Assembly: GCA_041739995.1 (NCBI GenBank)
Contig: JBGSMV010000033.1
Location: forward strand, 1 to 64,000
Direction: 5' to 3'
Length of the DNA: 64,000 bases
Source of the DNA: Bdellovibrionota bacterium
Lineage (GTDB): Bacteria; Bdellovibrionota_C; UBA2361; JBGSMV01
The stretch's first letter is position 1. Each line of letters begins with the position of its first letter. Positions 8,344 to 18,452 of the stretch are shown piece after piece. A program made the position numbers and the translations under genes. The notes below the pieces were generated by a model. That model did not search any database, was not told the DNA's origin, and saw only the letters and a list, made by a program, of their open reading frames with translations.

Positions 8344-8372
8344 TGTAACACACCCATAGGGCAGGACGACAA
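8344..8372 (+). promoter_or_regulatory. Putative ECF (SigF-like) promoter of doxX
   Basis: TGTAACA-N16-CGACAA, matching the motif at 5008. Confidence 0.55.
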
Positions 8373-8517
8373 ATGAATAACTCCCGGGATGCGCCCAAAC
8401 CGCCCTCGACCCGAAGAGCGGGCGAGCCCTCCGGCTCTTACCCGCACGGCCTAGCTGTCGGATTGACCACGAGAATGCGAAGATAATTTTTCAGTGAGAA
8501 CTGACGGAGAAACTAAG

Positions 8518-8994
8518 ATGCTAAGAATGATCTGTGACCGCCTTAATGCTGCGCACCAACGAGCCAGCCCCCTTCTGCGCGACCTATTTCTCCTGCTCAT
8601 TCGAGTGCACTGGGGCTATGCGTTCTTTCTCACTGGACTTGGGAAGTTCAAAAATTTCGAGCGCACCAAGGGATTCTTCGAATCACTTAATATTCCGTTC
8701 CCCGAACTCAATGTTTATATGGCCGCCTCCACCGAACTGGTAGGCGGACTACTATTACTGCTGGGCTTGGGCTCCCGCGTGGTACCGCTGCCGCTCATTT
8801 TCACCATGATAGTGGCCTACCTCACGGCGCACACCACAGAGCTTGGCTCACTGCTCTCATATCCAGACATTGACCCCTTTCTCACCGCGCCGCCATTTCT
8901 CTTTCTCCTGACCGCGGTGGTGGTATTCATTTTTGGTCCGGGCAGAATATCGCTTGATGCTTTGGTCTATAAGCACTTATGCAAAAAGCCCTAA
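8518..8994 (+). CDS. DoxX-family membrane protein (BufD-like)
   Basis: LLIR..WG..F..TG.GK, ELVGGLLLLLGL..R and GPGRISLD; GGAG RBS before ATG 8518. Confidence 0.88.
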   Translation: MLRMICDRLNAAHQRASPLLRDLFLLLIRVHWGYAFFLTGLGKFKNFERTKGFFESLNIPFPELNVYMAASTELVGGLLLLLGLGSRVVPLPLIFTMIVAYLTAHTTELGSLLSYPDIDPFLTAPPFLFLLTAVVVFIFGPGRISLDALVYKHLCKKP

Positions 8995-9134
8995 TTAAAT
9001 GGGCGATGAGAAAACAGGGTTAGAAACGCTCACCATGAAAACTTGCTAGGTGGCGAGTAGCAGTGATGCTACGCTGCCCGCACCATCGAATTCTGTCAGG
9101 TGGCAACAAACAAGACCCTCACAGAGAGATACGA

Positions 9135-10067
9135 GTGCTTAAAACCGTTCTCATTACTGGTGCAAGCACCGGACTGGGCCTGGCCATCGCTCGCCGCCTT
9201 TTGCGCGATCCTTCTTACCAACTAATACTCACCGCACGGGAGAGCAGCCTTAAGCGCTTCGCGGAGGCCGGACTGACCGAATCAAATTCCTGCATCATTC
9301 GTGTACTCGACGTTATGGATGCCGATCAAAGAAAGAGTGTTGTGGACGAAATCGAGTCCCGCTGGGGGGCGCTCGACGTGTTGATTAACAATGCCGGGTT
9401 CGCGTTCCGCTCAGTGCTTGAGCATGTTGAGCAAGCAGATCTCTGGCAGCAGATGAATACAAATTTCTGGGGCCCAATCGAGATCGCGCGACTTGCCCTT
9501 CCTCGCATGCGCGCCAGGAGAGAGGGAAAGATCATAAATGTGTCGTCGGTGGGTGGCATGATGGCCATGCCTACCATGGCGGTGTACAGTGCGTCGAAGT
9601 TCGCGCTCGAAGGCGCTTCTGAATCTTTGTATTATGAATTAAAGCCCTGGGGCGTAAACGTGACGCTGATTGAGCCTGGGTTCATTAATTCAGGCTCCTT
9701 TGAAAATGTACGGTACACCACCCTTAGTGGAGATGCTCTACGCGATCCATCTGAGCCATATTATGGGCACTATCGATTCATGGCCGCTTTCATTCGGCGA
9801 GTCATGCGACGCTCCCCCACCACTCCGCAGGCAGTCGCAGAAAAAATCGCTCGAGTGGTGTCTCAGAAAAATCCTCCACTACGAGTCGCTGCCACCCCTG
9901 ACGCAGTCCTTTTCGACCTTATGCGCCGCTATCTTCCACGCGGATTCTATCATTGGCTATTATACAAGAACTTACCGCATGCCGATTGTTGGGGCGACGA
10001 ACTCAAGCTTCGTAAGCGCTGCGGAATGGAGATTGCTTCGCTTGATCAAGAACCTGGTCCGAAGTAG
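9135..10067 (+). CDS. Short-chain dehydrogenase/reductase
   Basis: TGASTGLG, NNAG and YSASK; GTG start at 9135 preferred. Confidence 0.88.
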   Translation: MLKTVLITGASTGLGLAIARRLLRDPSYQLILTARESSLKRFAEAGLTESNSCIIRVLDVMDADQRKSVVDEIESRWGALDVLINNAGFAFRSVLEHVEQADLWQQMNTNFWGPIEIARLALPRMRARREGKIINVSSVGGMMAMPTMAVYSASKFALEGASESLYYELKPWGVNVTLIEPGFINSGSFENVRYTTLSGDALRDPSEPYYGHYRFMAAFIRRVMRRSPTTPQAVAEKIARVVSQKNPPLRVAATPDAVLFDLMRRYLPRGFYHWLLYKNLPHADCWGDELKLRKRCGMEIASLDQEPGPK

Positions 10068-10098
10068 CTCGAGATCTCTTTGTGTCTAGAGTTTAGGT

Positions 10099-11889
10099 TC
10101 AAACTGTCGTGAGTGGACAGAACAAGTCAGAGGACATTGCACAGGCTGAATTGATTAACGCCAAATGCGAGTAGGCCTGAGGGAAATTACCGAGAGCCAT
10201 TCCTTCCTTTGGGTCCCATTGCTCGGCCATCAATCCGGCCGGACCGGCGCGCTGGCAAAGGCGCTCAAAAAGACTCTGCGCCTCCGTGCGGCGACCCATC
10301 ATGACCAGCGCCTCAATTAGCCAACCAGTACAAATGTGGAAGGTGCCCTCAGCTCCTTCGAGCGCATCATCATAATGATAGCGATAGACTGCCTCATCAC
10401 GTAGTAGCCTATCCATTACAAACTTCACCGTTCCGACACACCGCGGATCGTCCACCGCATGAAATCCCGTCAATACCACCCACAGCAACGCTGCGTCAGC
10501 GTCAGCGCCGTCATACGCGGCGGTATAAGCACCATGCTGCTGGTTAAATCCCTGCGTTTCTATGTCGATTCGAATCTCATTCATCAGTCGGCGCCACTCT
10601 GGTTTCTCGAGGCCGAGGTACTCCGCGACCGCTAGGCTCTCCGACACCGTGAACCAGCACATCAGTTTCGAGTGCACGAAGTGGCGCTGCTCAGTACGAA
10701 CTTCCCAAATACCATGATCTGGATCTCGCCATCTATGTTCCACAAGACCGACCATGCGCTCCGCCAGTTCGCAGTGCTCAGGACTAAGTGCCGCACCCGA
10801 TCGCGCCAAAGCTCCCAATAGCTGCGCAATTGGGCCAAGACTGTCGAGCTGCAATTGCTGCGCTGCGAGATTTCCCACACGTACCGGCTGGCTTGCCTTA
10901 TATCCCGAAGCTTCAGCTATCTCTGCTTCACCAAAAATGTAGCGCCCTGACAACGTGTAGACCGGTCTCAGGAAATCTTCTTCGCCGCACTCTTCAAATA
11001 AGGCCAAGAGCCAATCAAGCAGGCGCATGCCCGGACCACTACTTCCCAAACGCAGTAACGCATTCGCGGAAAACGCCGCATCGCGCGGCCAGCAAAAACG
11101 ATAATCCCAGTTCCGCACCCCGCCGATGCATTCTGGCAAACTGGTCGTAGCGGCCGCGGCGATAGCGCCAGTGGGTCCATAACAAAGCGCTCTCAAAGTA
11201 ATGGCACTTCTAGATACCAGCTCAGAAGCAATCGGCGGAACCGAAAGCGTGTGGCACCATGCTCTCCAAAAACTCTCTGTGCGACGAAGGCGAACAATCG
11301 CGCTAGGCCCCTTGGCTTCCAGCATGCAAGTTCCGACTGAGAGCTCCAGCACTACCCCTTTGCCGGGGATGAAAACGGCTTCAGCCTCATCATGAGCCCC
11401 CACTCGCTCGATGTTCCAACTCACTCCAGGCGAGCGTAGTGTCACTAGATACTGTCCACAATGAACTCGAAGGCCTCCATCGAGCGACACAATTCGCGTA
11501 GAAATTCGTCCGAAATCTAGCTTGGGGGCAAAGCGAACTCGCACTGCCTCATTACCTTCAAGCATGCGAAGCAAATCGCTACGTCCTGATCGCTGGAATG
11601 GTCTGCCGCCTCCACAGTCAAGGAAATCAGTAATGACTACCGATCCGAAACTGGTCCGGGACACACAGGTGCCGGCAAGATATGCCTGGGTCACCGGAAG
11701 GTTTGACTTGGTATTCTCAGGCGTAATGGAAAAACTCCCTAGAGATTCTCCGCCTAAAAGCGAGCCGAACAGCGGAACTCCATCCATGCGCGGGATACAC
11801 ATCCACACCACAGAGCCGCGATCATCAAGAAGCGCTACGGTTCGAAGATCTGAAAGGAACAGGTGATGGTCGATTAAAGTCTCAGACAC
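10099..11889 (-). CDS. Glycoside hydrolase family 15 (trehalase-like)
   Basis: AAATTSLPE..GG.RNWDYR.CWPRD, GIWEVR and LGNFPQAYSH. Confidence 0.9.
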   Translation of the reverse strand: MSETLIDHHLFLSDLRTVALLDDRGSVVWMCIPRMDGVPLFGSLLGGESLGSFSITPENTKSNLPVTQAYLAGTCVSRTSFGSVVITDFLDCGGGRPFQRSGRSDLLRMLEGNEAVRVRFAPKLDFGRISTRIVSLDGGLRVHCGQYLVTLRSPGVSWNIERVGAHDEAEAVFIPGKGVVLELSVGTCMLEAKGPSAIVRLRRTESFWRAWCHTLSVPPIASELVSRSAITLRALCYGPTGAIAAAATTSLPECIGGVRNWDYRFCWPRDAAFSANALLRLGSSGPGMRLLDWLLALFEECGEEDFLRPVYTLSGRYIFGEAEIAEASGYKASQPVRVGNLAAQQLQLDSLGPIAQLLGALARSGAALSPEHCELAERMVGLVEHRWRDPDHGIWEVRTEQRHFVHSKLMCWFTVSESLAVAEYLGLEKPEWRRLMNEIRIDIETQGFNQQHGAYTAAYDGADADAALLWVVLTGFHAVDDPRCVGTVKFVMDRLLRDEAVYRYHYDDALEGAEGTFHICTGWLIEALVMMGRRTEAQSLFERLCQRAGPAGLMAEQWDPKEGMALGNFPQAYSHLALINSACAMSSDLFCPLTTV

Positions 11890-11934
11890 GTTTAAGTCGC
11901 TCCACTGATTGCTACCGGGAATAACTGGCGGCGT

Positions 11935-12141
11935 TTAATAATGAGGTGGTTTTTCCGAAGTAGGTTTGGCGTTTGCCTCCTGCATTTGTTCGACCTGCTG
12001 AGAGAGCTTACGAAGATGCGGGGTAATCAAGTCGAGCACCCGCTGTTGCTCCGCCACTACGGCGCTAAGTTCAGACTGGAGTTTGTCCTGAAAAGAACTT
12101 GCCGATTCTAGCTGCTCAATTCTCTGTTCGAGCTCGCTCAT
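11935..12141 (-). CDS. slyX: SlyX-family protein
   Basis: LEQRIEQLE...FQ coiled coil and C-terminal EKPPHY. Confidence 0.88.
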   Translation of the reverse strand: MSELEQRIEQLESASSFQDKLQSELSAVVAEQQRVLDLITPHLRKLSQQVEQMQEANAKPTSEKPPHY

Positions 12142-12265
12142 GCACTTTTCCGTAGGTTTACCCTCTTTTACCACCATAACACCAAAGCTTATGTTTCAAT
12201 TCTTAGGAGCAACCGTCAGTGAGCGACGGCCTTCTCCCCAAGACACCCTATTCTTGCCCTCGAAG

Positions 12266-14110
12266 TTACACCTTAGCGCTTGGACGTAGTTGAATATGAG
12301 CTTCGCGTAGCTGCTTCTCTGATGCGCCAGAAGGTGCACCCATCAATAAATCCTCCCCGTTTTGCGCCAGCGGGAATGCGATTACTTCTCGAATCGCCTC
12401 TTCGCCACACAGCAGCATCACGATTCTCTCGACGCCATGCGCAATACCACCGTGAGGAGGCGCCCCAAAAGTAAATGCTCTAATCATACCGCCGAATTTC
12501 TCTTCGACCATTTCCTTAGAATAGCCCGTCAACTCAAAAGCCTTAAACATGAGTTCTGGCTGGTAGTTTCGAAGTCCCCCAGAGGCGAGCTCATACCCGT
12601 GCAGTACGAAGTCATACTGATGGGCAAGAATCTCAAGCGGTGGCGTATTCAACAAAGACTCCATTCCGCCCTGAGGCAGGCTGAATGGATTGTGGTTAAA
12701 CGCCACACCGCCAGTATCTTCATCCCTGACATAGAACGGAAAGTCCGTGACCCAGCAGAATCGCCACTCTTCCTTAGCAAGCTGCGTAAGATCTGCGCCA
12801 AGCTTATTCCTTAATTTTCCAAGTGCCGGGAGGATCCTAGAACTCTGCCCCGCCGCAAAAAACACTACCATTGGGCCCCGATGCGCCGCATCTGCCGAGG
12901 AGACTCTCTTCGCTATCAGATCACGCAATGCCTGGAGCTGATCGGGTGAAACAAACTTTGAGATAGACCCCTTTACCGCATCACCTTCGATGGCTATGTA
13001 GCCGAGGCCCAGGGCAGGCTCTTCTCTATCAAGCTTCGAAAAATACTCGATGGTGTCATCAAAGTATTTTCGCGAAGGGAGACTTTCCACAGGCACCGCG
13101 ATAGCGCGAATAGTTCCGCCAGAGCTTAAAGCTTCACGAAACACTCGGAACTCTGAAGCGCCAAACACTTCTGACACATCCATAATTCTAAGCGCATTTC
13201 TTAAATCCGGTTTATCAGTCCCAAATTGGTTCATGGCCTCAGCGAAACTAAAGCGCGGGAATGGCGGCTCTCCGATTTTCCAATCAGAGCAACGCTTAAA
13301 CACCTCATACATCATGCGCTCGTTAATCCTGAGCACGTCCTCTTGCTCAACGAAGGAGAGCTCCATATCTATTTGATAAAACTCTCCAGGTGATCGATCT
13401 GCGCGAGCATCTTCATCCCTAAAACACGGGGCAATTTGGAAATACCTATCAAATCCAGCGATCATCAGAAGCTGTTTAAACTGCTGCGGTGCCTGTGGTA
13501 GCGCGTAGAACTTTCCAGGATGCAACCTGGAAGGCACGATAAAATCTCTAGCCCCCTCCGGAGAACTACTGGTGAGAATCGGAGTATGGAATTCTGCAAA
13601 TCCAAGCTCATCCATAACCTCGCGAATGGTTTTTACCACGCGGTTACGCATCGCGATGTGGGCATGGAGTTTTTCGCGTCGCAATTCAAGGAAGCGATAC
13701 TTGAGGCGCTGCGGCTCTGGCGCGTTGTCATCCTCGGCCACTTGAAACGGCAAGAGCTCGCTGTGAGATAAGATGCTCAACTTTGTGGCATGCACTTCGA
13801 TCTGTCCGGTTTGCAACTTTGGGTTTTCTAGTCCTGCCCCACGTAGATGAACTACGCCTTGAACCATAATTACGGATTCAGGACGTACATTTTCCATCTC
13901 GACTCCGAGCGCTCCGTGAAAGACCACCTGAGTCACACCGTAATGATCGCGCAGGTCGACAAACACTACTCCGCCGTGATCACGCTTGCGCATCACCCAG
14001 CCAGACAGAGTCACCGAGTTGTCAGCGTTGGAATTGCGCAGCTCTCCACAGGTGTGGGTTCTATATGCACTCTGCAAAAAATCTTTCTTTGGTGAGTCTA
14101 CCTGTGTCAT
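12266..14110 (-). CDS. aspS: Aspartyl-tRNA synthetase, probably non-discriminating (Asp/Asn)
   Basis: YRTHTCGEL, RDHGG (His typical of ND enzymes), QAPQQFKQ, FRDED and GAPPHGG; start trimmed to ATG 14110. Confidence 0.95.
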   Translation of the reverse strand: MTQVDSPKKDFLQSAYRTHTCGELRNSNADNSVTLSGWVMRKRDHGGVVFVDLRDHYGVTQVVFHGALGVEMENVRPESVIMVQGVVHLRGAGLENPKLQTGQIEVHATKLSILSHSELLPFQVAEDDNAPEPQRLKYRFLELRREKLHAHIAMRNRVVKTIREVMDELGFAEFHTPILTSSSPEGARDFIVPSRLHPGKFYALPQAPQQFKQLLMIAGFDRYFQIAPCFRDEDARADRSPGEFYQIDMELSFVEQEDVLRINERMMYEVFKRCSDWKIGEPPFPRFSFAEAMNQFGTDKPDLRNALRIMDVSEVFGASEFRVFREALSSGGTIRAIAVPVESLPSRKYFDDTIEYFSKLDREEPALGLGYIAIEGDAVKGSISKFVSPDQLQALRDLIAKRVSSADAAHRGPMVVFFAAGQSSRILPALGKLRNKLGADLTQLAKEEWRFCWVTDFPFYVRDEDTGGVAFNHNPFSLPQGGMESLLNTPPLEILAHQYDFVLHGYELASGGLRNYQPELMFKAFELTGYSKEMVEEKFGGMIRAFTFGAPPHGGIAHGVERIVMLLCGEEAIREVIAFPLAQNGEDLLMGAPSGASEKQLREAHIQLRPSAKV

Positions 14111-14362
14111 CACTACTTCATCCTTCAGCTGAACATGGTCGTATAGGCTCGCACGCCGCCCTGCGAGCAGAAACCGACTTCCTACTTGACCGCAAGTCTC
14201 TGAGATAACTACTATTAAGTGCGTTGTTTTTCCAGCATCGCCATAGCTTACGCTCAAAGATAGTCTCTCTGGGCCAAGACCGCTTATGCCCTCTCGTTTT
14301 GGATACACCCGGCGGAGTCCCGCCCCCCGGGCTGAGTTTTGGGAATCAGGAAGCAGTAGACC

Positions 14363-15727
14363 ATGAATTTTCTCATTATTGGCGCAGGCGACGTCGGAAA
14401 GAGCCTTAGCGCCCAGCTCGCCGCTCACGGCCATAATGTCGTACTCGTCGATACCGACTCAGACGTTCTGAATTCGGAGATCTCAAGTCTTGACCTTAAG
14501 GTGGTTATTGGAAATGGCTGCTCTCCGGAAGTTCTTTTCAATGCCGGAATTCTGGAGGCCAATTACATTATTGCGGTAACCGATAGTGACGAAGTCAACA
14601 TCGCAGCCTGCTTTGTCTCGCGTCTGGTCAATCCGCACCCTAAGAGAATCGCTCGTATTCGAGATCTCAACCTTGCCTCGAAACTCATTTCACCCGAGCT
14701 ACTTGGAGAATACTTTGACTTAGTAGTGAATCCAGAGGAAGCAGGGGCCGAGTACCTGTTAAAACTATTCAAATTACCTGGAGCGCGAGAGTTCGTTGAT
14801 TTGGGGTACGGCAAAGTGAGGGTTCTTGGCCTTTCGGTTCTCGAAACCTCTCCAGTGCTGGGTCAGTCGCTCTCGCAGATTCACCAAGAACACCAGGAGA
14901 CACCGATCACCATAGTCGCCCTGATCCGAGCTGGAAGAATGCTGTGCCCTGCACCCGAGGACAAGCTACGTGTCGGAGATGTGTTTTATGCAACCACCAC
15001 TCCCGAGGCGACTAAGGATGCCTTCAAACTTTCGGGAAGAGAACTGCGTCACAGTCAGTCCGCCATGCTGTGGGGCGGAAGTTTTCTCTCGCGGTCCCTC
15101 GCCTTTCGTCTCGATCAAGAGGGGGTACGCGTCAAGCTGATTCTCACCGATGAGGATCGACAGATGGAGATGGCAGACCTACTAAAGAATGCTTTGGTGC
15201 TCAACGGAGAAGGCACCGACCAGAGCCTACTGATTGAGGAACACGTTGAAGATGTCGACGCATTCATCGCAGCCACCGACGATGAAGAGAACAACGTGCT
15301 CGCAGCTCTGCTCGCCAAGAAGCTTGGCGCCAGAAATGCAGTGGCGTTGGTCAACAAAACCTCTTACCTCCCGCTAGTCAGTGCGGTTGGGGTTGATGTA
15401 GTAGTCAGCGCGCGTCTCGCTGCATCTTCCGCAATCTTTAAACACATCCACGCCAAATCTCTCCTGACAGAGGTGGCGCCACACTGCGACGGCGGCGGAT
15501 TTATCGAGATCGACATTTCTTCTGAGATGCCCCTTTCCGGTAAAATTCTCAAAGATCTGGCCCTGCCCGTGGGAGTACGCGTCGGCGCGATACTACGCGA
15601 GGGCAAGGTACTCGCTCCTTCCCCAGTCGAAGCACTCCTTGAAGGAGATAGGGTTATTCTGTTTGCGTTAAAATCCGCCACCGCAAAGCTCGGGCGCCTA
15701 CTGAACCTACCTATTGAAGCACTCTGA
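14363..15727 (+). CDS. trkA: Trk potassium uptake NAD-binding subunit
   Basis: GAGDVG, two RCK N/C repeats, TDSDEVN and TDDEENN. Confidence 0.92.
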   Translation: MNFLIIGAGDVGKSLSAQLAAHGHNVVLVDTDSDVLNSEISSLDLKVVIGNGCSPEVLFNAGILEANYIIAVTDSDEVNIAACFVSRLVNPHPKRIARIRDLNLASKLISPELLGEYFDLVVNPEEAGAEYLLKLFKLPGAREFVDLGYGKVRVLGLSVLETSPVLGQSLSQIHQEHQETPITIVALIRAGRMLCPAPEDKLRVGDVFYATTTPEATKDAFKLSGRELRHSQSAMLWGGSFLSRSLAFRLDQEGVRVKLILTDEDRQMEMADLLKNALVLNGEGTDQSLLIEEHVEDVDAFIAATDDEENNVLAALLAKKLGARNAVALVNKTSYLPLVSAVGVDVVVSARLAASSAIFKHIHAKSLLTEVAPHCDGGGFIEIDISSEMPLSGKILKDLALPVGVRVGAILREGKVLAPSPVEALLEGDRVILFALKSATAKLGRLLNLPIEAL

Positions 15728-17172
15728 TGAATTTTTCTGCGTTGCTCAAACTTATCGGGACCCTTTTCCTCGTGTACGGAATAGTTTTTCTGCTGCCTGC
15801 GGCATTCTCGTTTTTTGATGGGGACCGTTTTAGTGGAGTATTCCTGGCCTGCAGTCTTGGCTGTCTCCTTCTCGGCGGGGTACTGGTGTGGGCACTCAGA
15901 AAGCGAAAGGCCGATCTCGATCTGAGAACAGGCTTTGCCTTGGTTGCTATGGCTTGGATTGTCTCAGGACTTATTGGTGCCGTCCCCTTCTACGCAAGCG
16001 GCACTGTTTCGACAGTTCTCGATGCAATATTTGAATCGATCTCTGGGTTTACAGGCACTGGCGCCTCCATCCTTCCGAGCGTCGAGGGCGTTGACCGAGG
16101 GGTACTCTTGTGGCGATCTCTTACCCAATGGCTTGGGGGGATGGGAATCATTGTCTTTTTCGTCGCAGTCCTCCCTGCCCTCGGATTCTCCGGCGTTCAG
16201 CTCTTCAAGGCGGAAGTAGCAGGGCCACAGAAAGATCGCCTCACCCCGCGAGTAAAAGAGACCGCACAGAAGCTCTGGCTATTGTATGTAGCCTTCACCG
16301 CACTTCTCGCATTTCTTCTATTCCACGCCGGCATGCCTTGGTTTGATGCCATAAACCATGCTTTCACCACACTCGCAACTGGCGGCTACTCGACGCGCAA
16401 CGCGGGCATTGCAAGTTTCAATAGCGCTTCTATCGACTGGATACTTTCAATATTTATGTTGATTGGGGCAATCAGCTTTGGGCTGCATTATCGCTTCTTC
16501 ATTCTTCGAGACAGTTCTGCTCTGCGCGATACGGAGCTCCGTTGGTACGGAGCCATCCTCTCCATAAGTGTCGCAACGCTGTTCTTCGTGATTTGGAAAA
16601 CTCAGTATGCCGCGGCCGGTGACGCGCTGCGACATTCAGTTTTTACCGTTGCCTCGATCGCGACCTCTACCGGTTTTTCCAATCAGGATTTCCTCCCCTG
16701 GCCCCCCGCCGCTCACCTGATCGTCGTACTTCTGATGGTAATGGGTGGCATGTCGGGCTCTACCGCTGGAGGCCTTAAGTGCATTCGGCTTGTTGCGGCT
16801 TTTAAACAGATGAGCCGTCAGCTAAGGCAGGTAGTGCATCCCAAGGCGGTAATTCCTGTAAAAGCTAACGGCCATGTAATTCCAGAGCCAATCATTGATG
16901 CAATTTGGGGCCTGATTTTCACCTACTTTCTGATTTTCTCGATTGGCTCAGTAGTCCTCACCCTTGATGGTCTGGACCTAGTAACGGCGACCACTGCAAC
17001 TTTCAGCGCCCTCTCAAGCATCGGCCCCGGACTTGGAACAGTGGGGCCAAGTACCTCCTATGCGCACATCCCTGATTTGTCCAAGGCGATGCTTTGTGTT
17101 TGCATGCTGCTTGGTCGCTTAGAATTCTTCACGATTCTAGTGCTTTTCACACCGACTTTTTGGCGACGATAG
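15727..17172 (+). CDS. trkH: Trk potassium uptake membrane subunit
   Basis: FESISGFTGTG, QWLGGMG, TGG, GSTAGG and GRLE. Confidence 0.93.
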   Translation: MNFSALLKLIGTLFLVYGIVFLLPAAFSFFDGDRFSGVFLACSLGCLLLGGVLVWALRKRKADLDLRTGFALVAMAWIVSGLIGAVPFYASGTVSTVLDAIFESISGFTGTGASILPSVEGVDRGVLLWRSLTQWLGGMGIIVFFVAVLPALGFSGVQLFKAEVAGPQKDRLTPRVKETAQKLWLLYVAFTALLAFLLFHAGMPWFDAINHAFTTLATGGYSTRNAGIASFNSASIDWILSIFMLIGAISFGLHYRFFILRDSSALRDTELRWYGAILSISVATLFFVIWKTQYAAAGDALRHSVFTVASIATSTGFSNQDFLPWPPAAHLIVVLLMVMGGMSGSTAGGLKCIRLVAAFKQMSRQLRQVVHPKAVIPVKANGHVIPEPIIDAIWGLIFTYFLIFSIGSVVLTLDGLDLVTATTATFSALSSIGPGLGTVGPSTSYAHIPDLSKAMLCVCMLLGRLEFFTILVLFTPTFWRR

Positions 17173-17330
17173 AATTGAGCTTGCGGCTTGTACCCCCTGC
17201 TAGTGTGCTGAGTCAGAAGTTCATTCAAGTATTTTTCGCGCTGTTCTCGCCGAACTCCTTGTGTAATTCATTAAATATATTCACAAAGAGAGCAGCGAGC
17301 TCGGCGAGAATTATTCATCGAACTCGTAAC

Positions 17331-18446
17331 TCAGGACACTAGTGCCATGGCTTGCTGAGCGATCGTCCTGGCCGCACACTTGCTTCTATCCATGGCAGGG
17401 CGCTCAACCATTGCGCGATATTCTGTCGGGTCCGACAGTTTGAGAATAGCCGCATGCAATCGCGAGGGAAACGCGTCGCCTTCGCTCACCACAATCGCCT
17501 TCCCTCTCTCGGCAAGAAGATTCGCATTTACTTCCTGGTGATTCCCTTGGGAAAAAGGGAAAGGCACCAGAATGGCAGGGCGATTCACCACACCGATTTC
17601 CATGACGCTTCCCGCCCCAGAACGAGAAACGACTAGGTGCGCCCAACGAAAAGCCTCTTTCATATCTGCGATAAAGGGAATGACTTGCGCCTTACAGCCA
17701 GCCTCACGGTACCCAGCTCTCACAAACTCGACATTCGATGGGCGCGCTTGATGCAATATCTCACAGTCCTGCACGCTTAGTTGAGGGGCGATATCGATCA
17801 TGGCGCGATCCATGGAGTCGGCCCCCTGGGAGCCACCAAGAACTAGGACGTGAAGCGGGAGTCCAAACTGAGGCGCTTTGTCCGCAAGCTCGACAAGATC
17901 CGGTCGTAGCGGATGCCCAGTGAAAACCTTCTTTTTAGGAAGCGGAAGTACCGTGTCCTCAAAAGCCACCGAGACTCGAGTAGCGACAAAGCTAAGCAGG
18001 TAATTAGCCAACCCAGGTCGGCGCTCGGCCTCGTGAATCCAGGTGGGTACCCCTCTCAAACGCGCCAAAAGCACCGGCAATACCGTGGCATAGCCACCCA
18101 CTCCAATCACCACATCTGGTTGAATCTGATTAAGCAGTCTGCGCGTACAAAACAGTGCGCTGGGCAGTTTCCACAAAAACTGCAAAATGCCTCGAATCCC
18201 CCTATTCTTTAGCCCCACCACATCAATGGCGTCCAGCGGGACCCCACGTGCGCCTACTATCTCTCGTTCTAGCTCTCTGCCCGAACCTATGAAGCGGATT
18301 GTCGTGCTGGCGTTGAGCTCTTTGATGGCTTGAATAATGAAGGCCGCGGGAAACAGATGACCACCACTTCCACTAGCCGTCACTAGAATCGTGAGCTCCC
18401 TCTGCGAGGTGTTGCTATCTGATGCTCTGGTCCCTTCTCTCATCAC
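17331..18446 (-). CDS. murG: Lipid I N-acetylglucosaminyl transferase
   Basis: GSGGHLFP, GVGGY, GGSQGA, SRSGAGS and HQEVNA. Confidence 0.93.
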   Translation of the reverse strand: MMREGTRASDSNTSQRELTILVTASGSGGHLFPAAFIIQAIKELNASTTIRFIGSGRELEREIVGARGVPLDAIDVVGLKNRGIRGILQFLWKLPSALFCTRRLLNQIQPDVVIGVGGYATVLPVLLARLRGVPTWIHEAERRPGLANYLLSFVATRVSVAFEDTVLPLPKKKVFTGHPLRPDLVELADKAPQFGLPLHVLVLGGSQGADSMDRAMIDIAPQLSVQDCEILHQARPSNVEFVRAGYREAGCKAQVIPFIADMKEAFRWAHLVVSRSGAGSVMEIGVVNRPAILVPFPFSQGNHQEVNANLLAERGKAIVVSEGDAFPSRLHAAILKLSDPTEYRAMVERPAMDRSKCAARTIAQQAMALVS

Positions 18447-18452
18447 AATGCC

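Noticed and set aside
14111..14434. Long N-terminal extension of aspS
   Set aside because: It overlaps the divergent trkA start, and AspRS motifs begin only after 14110.
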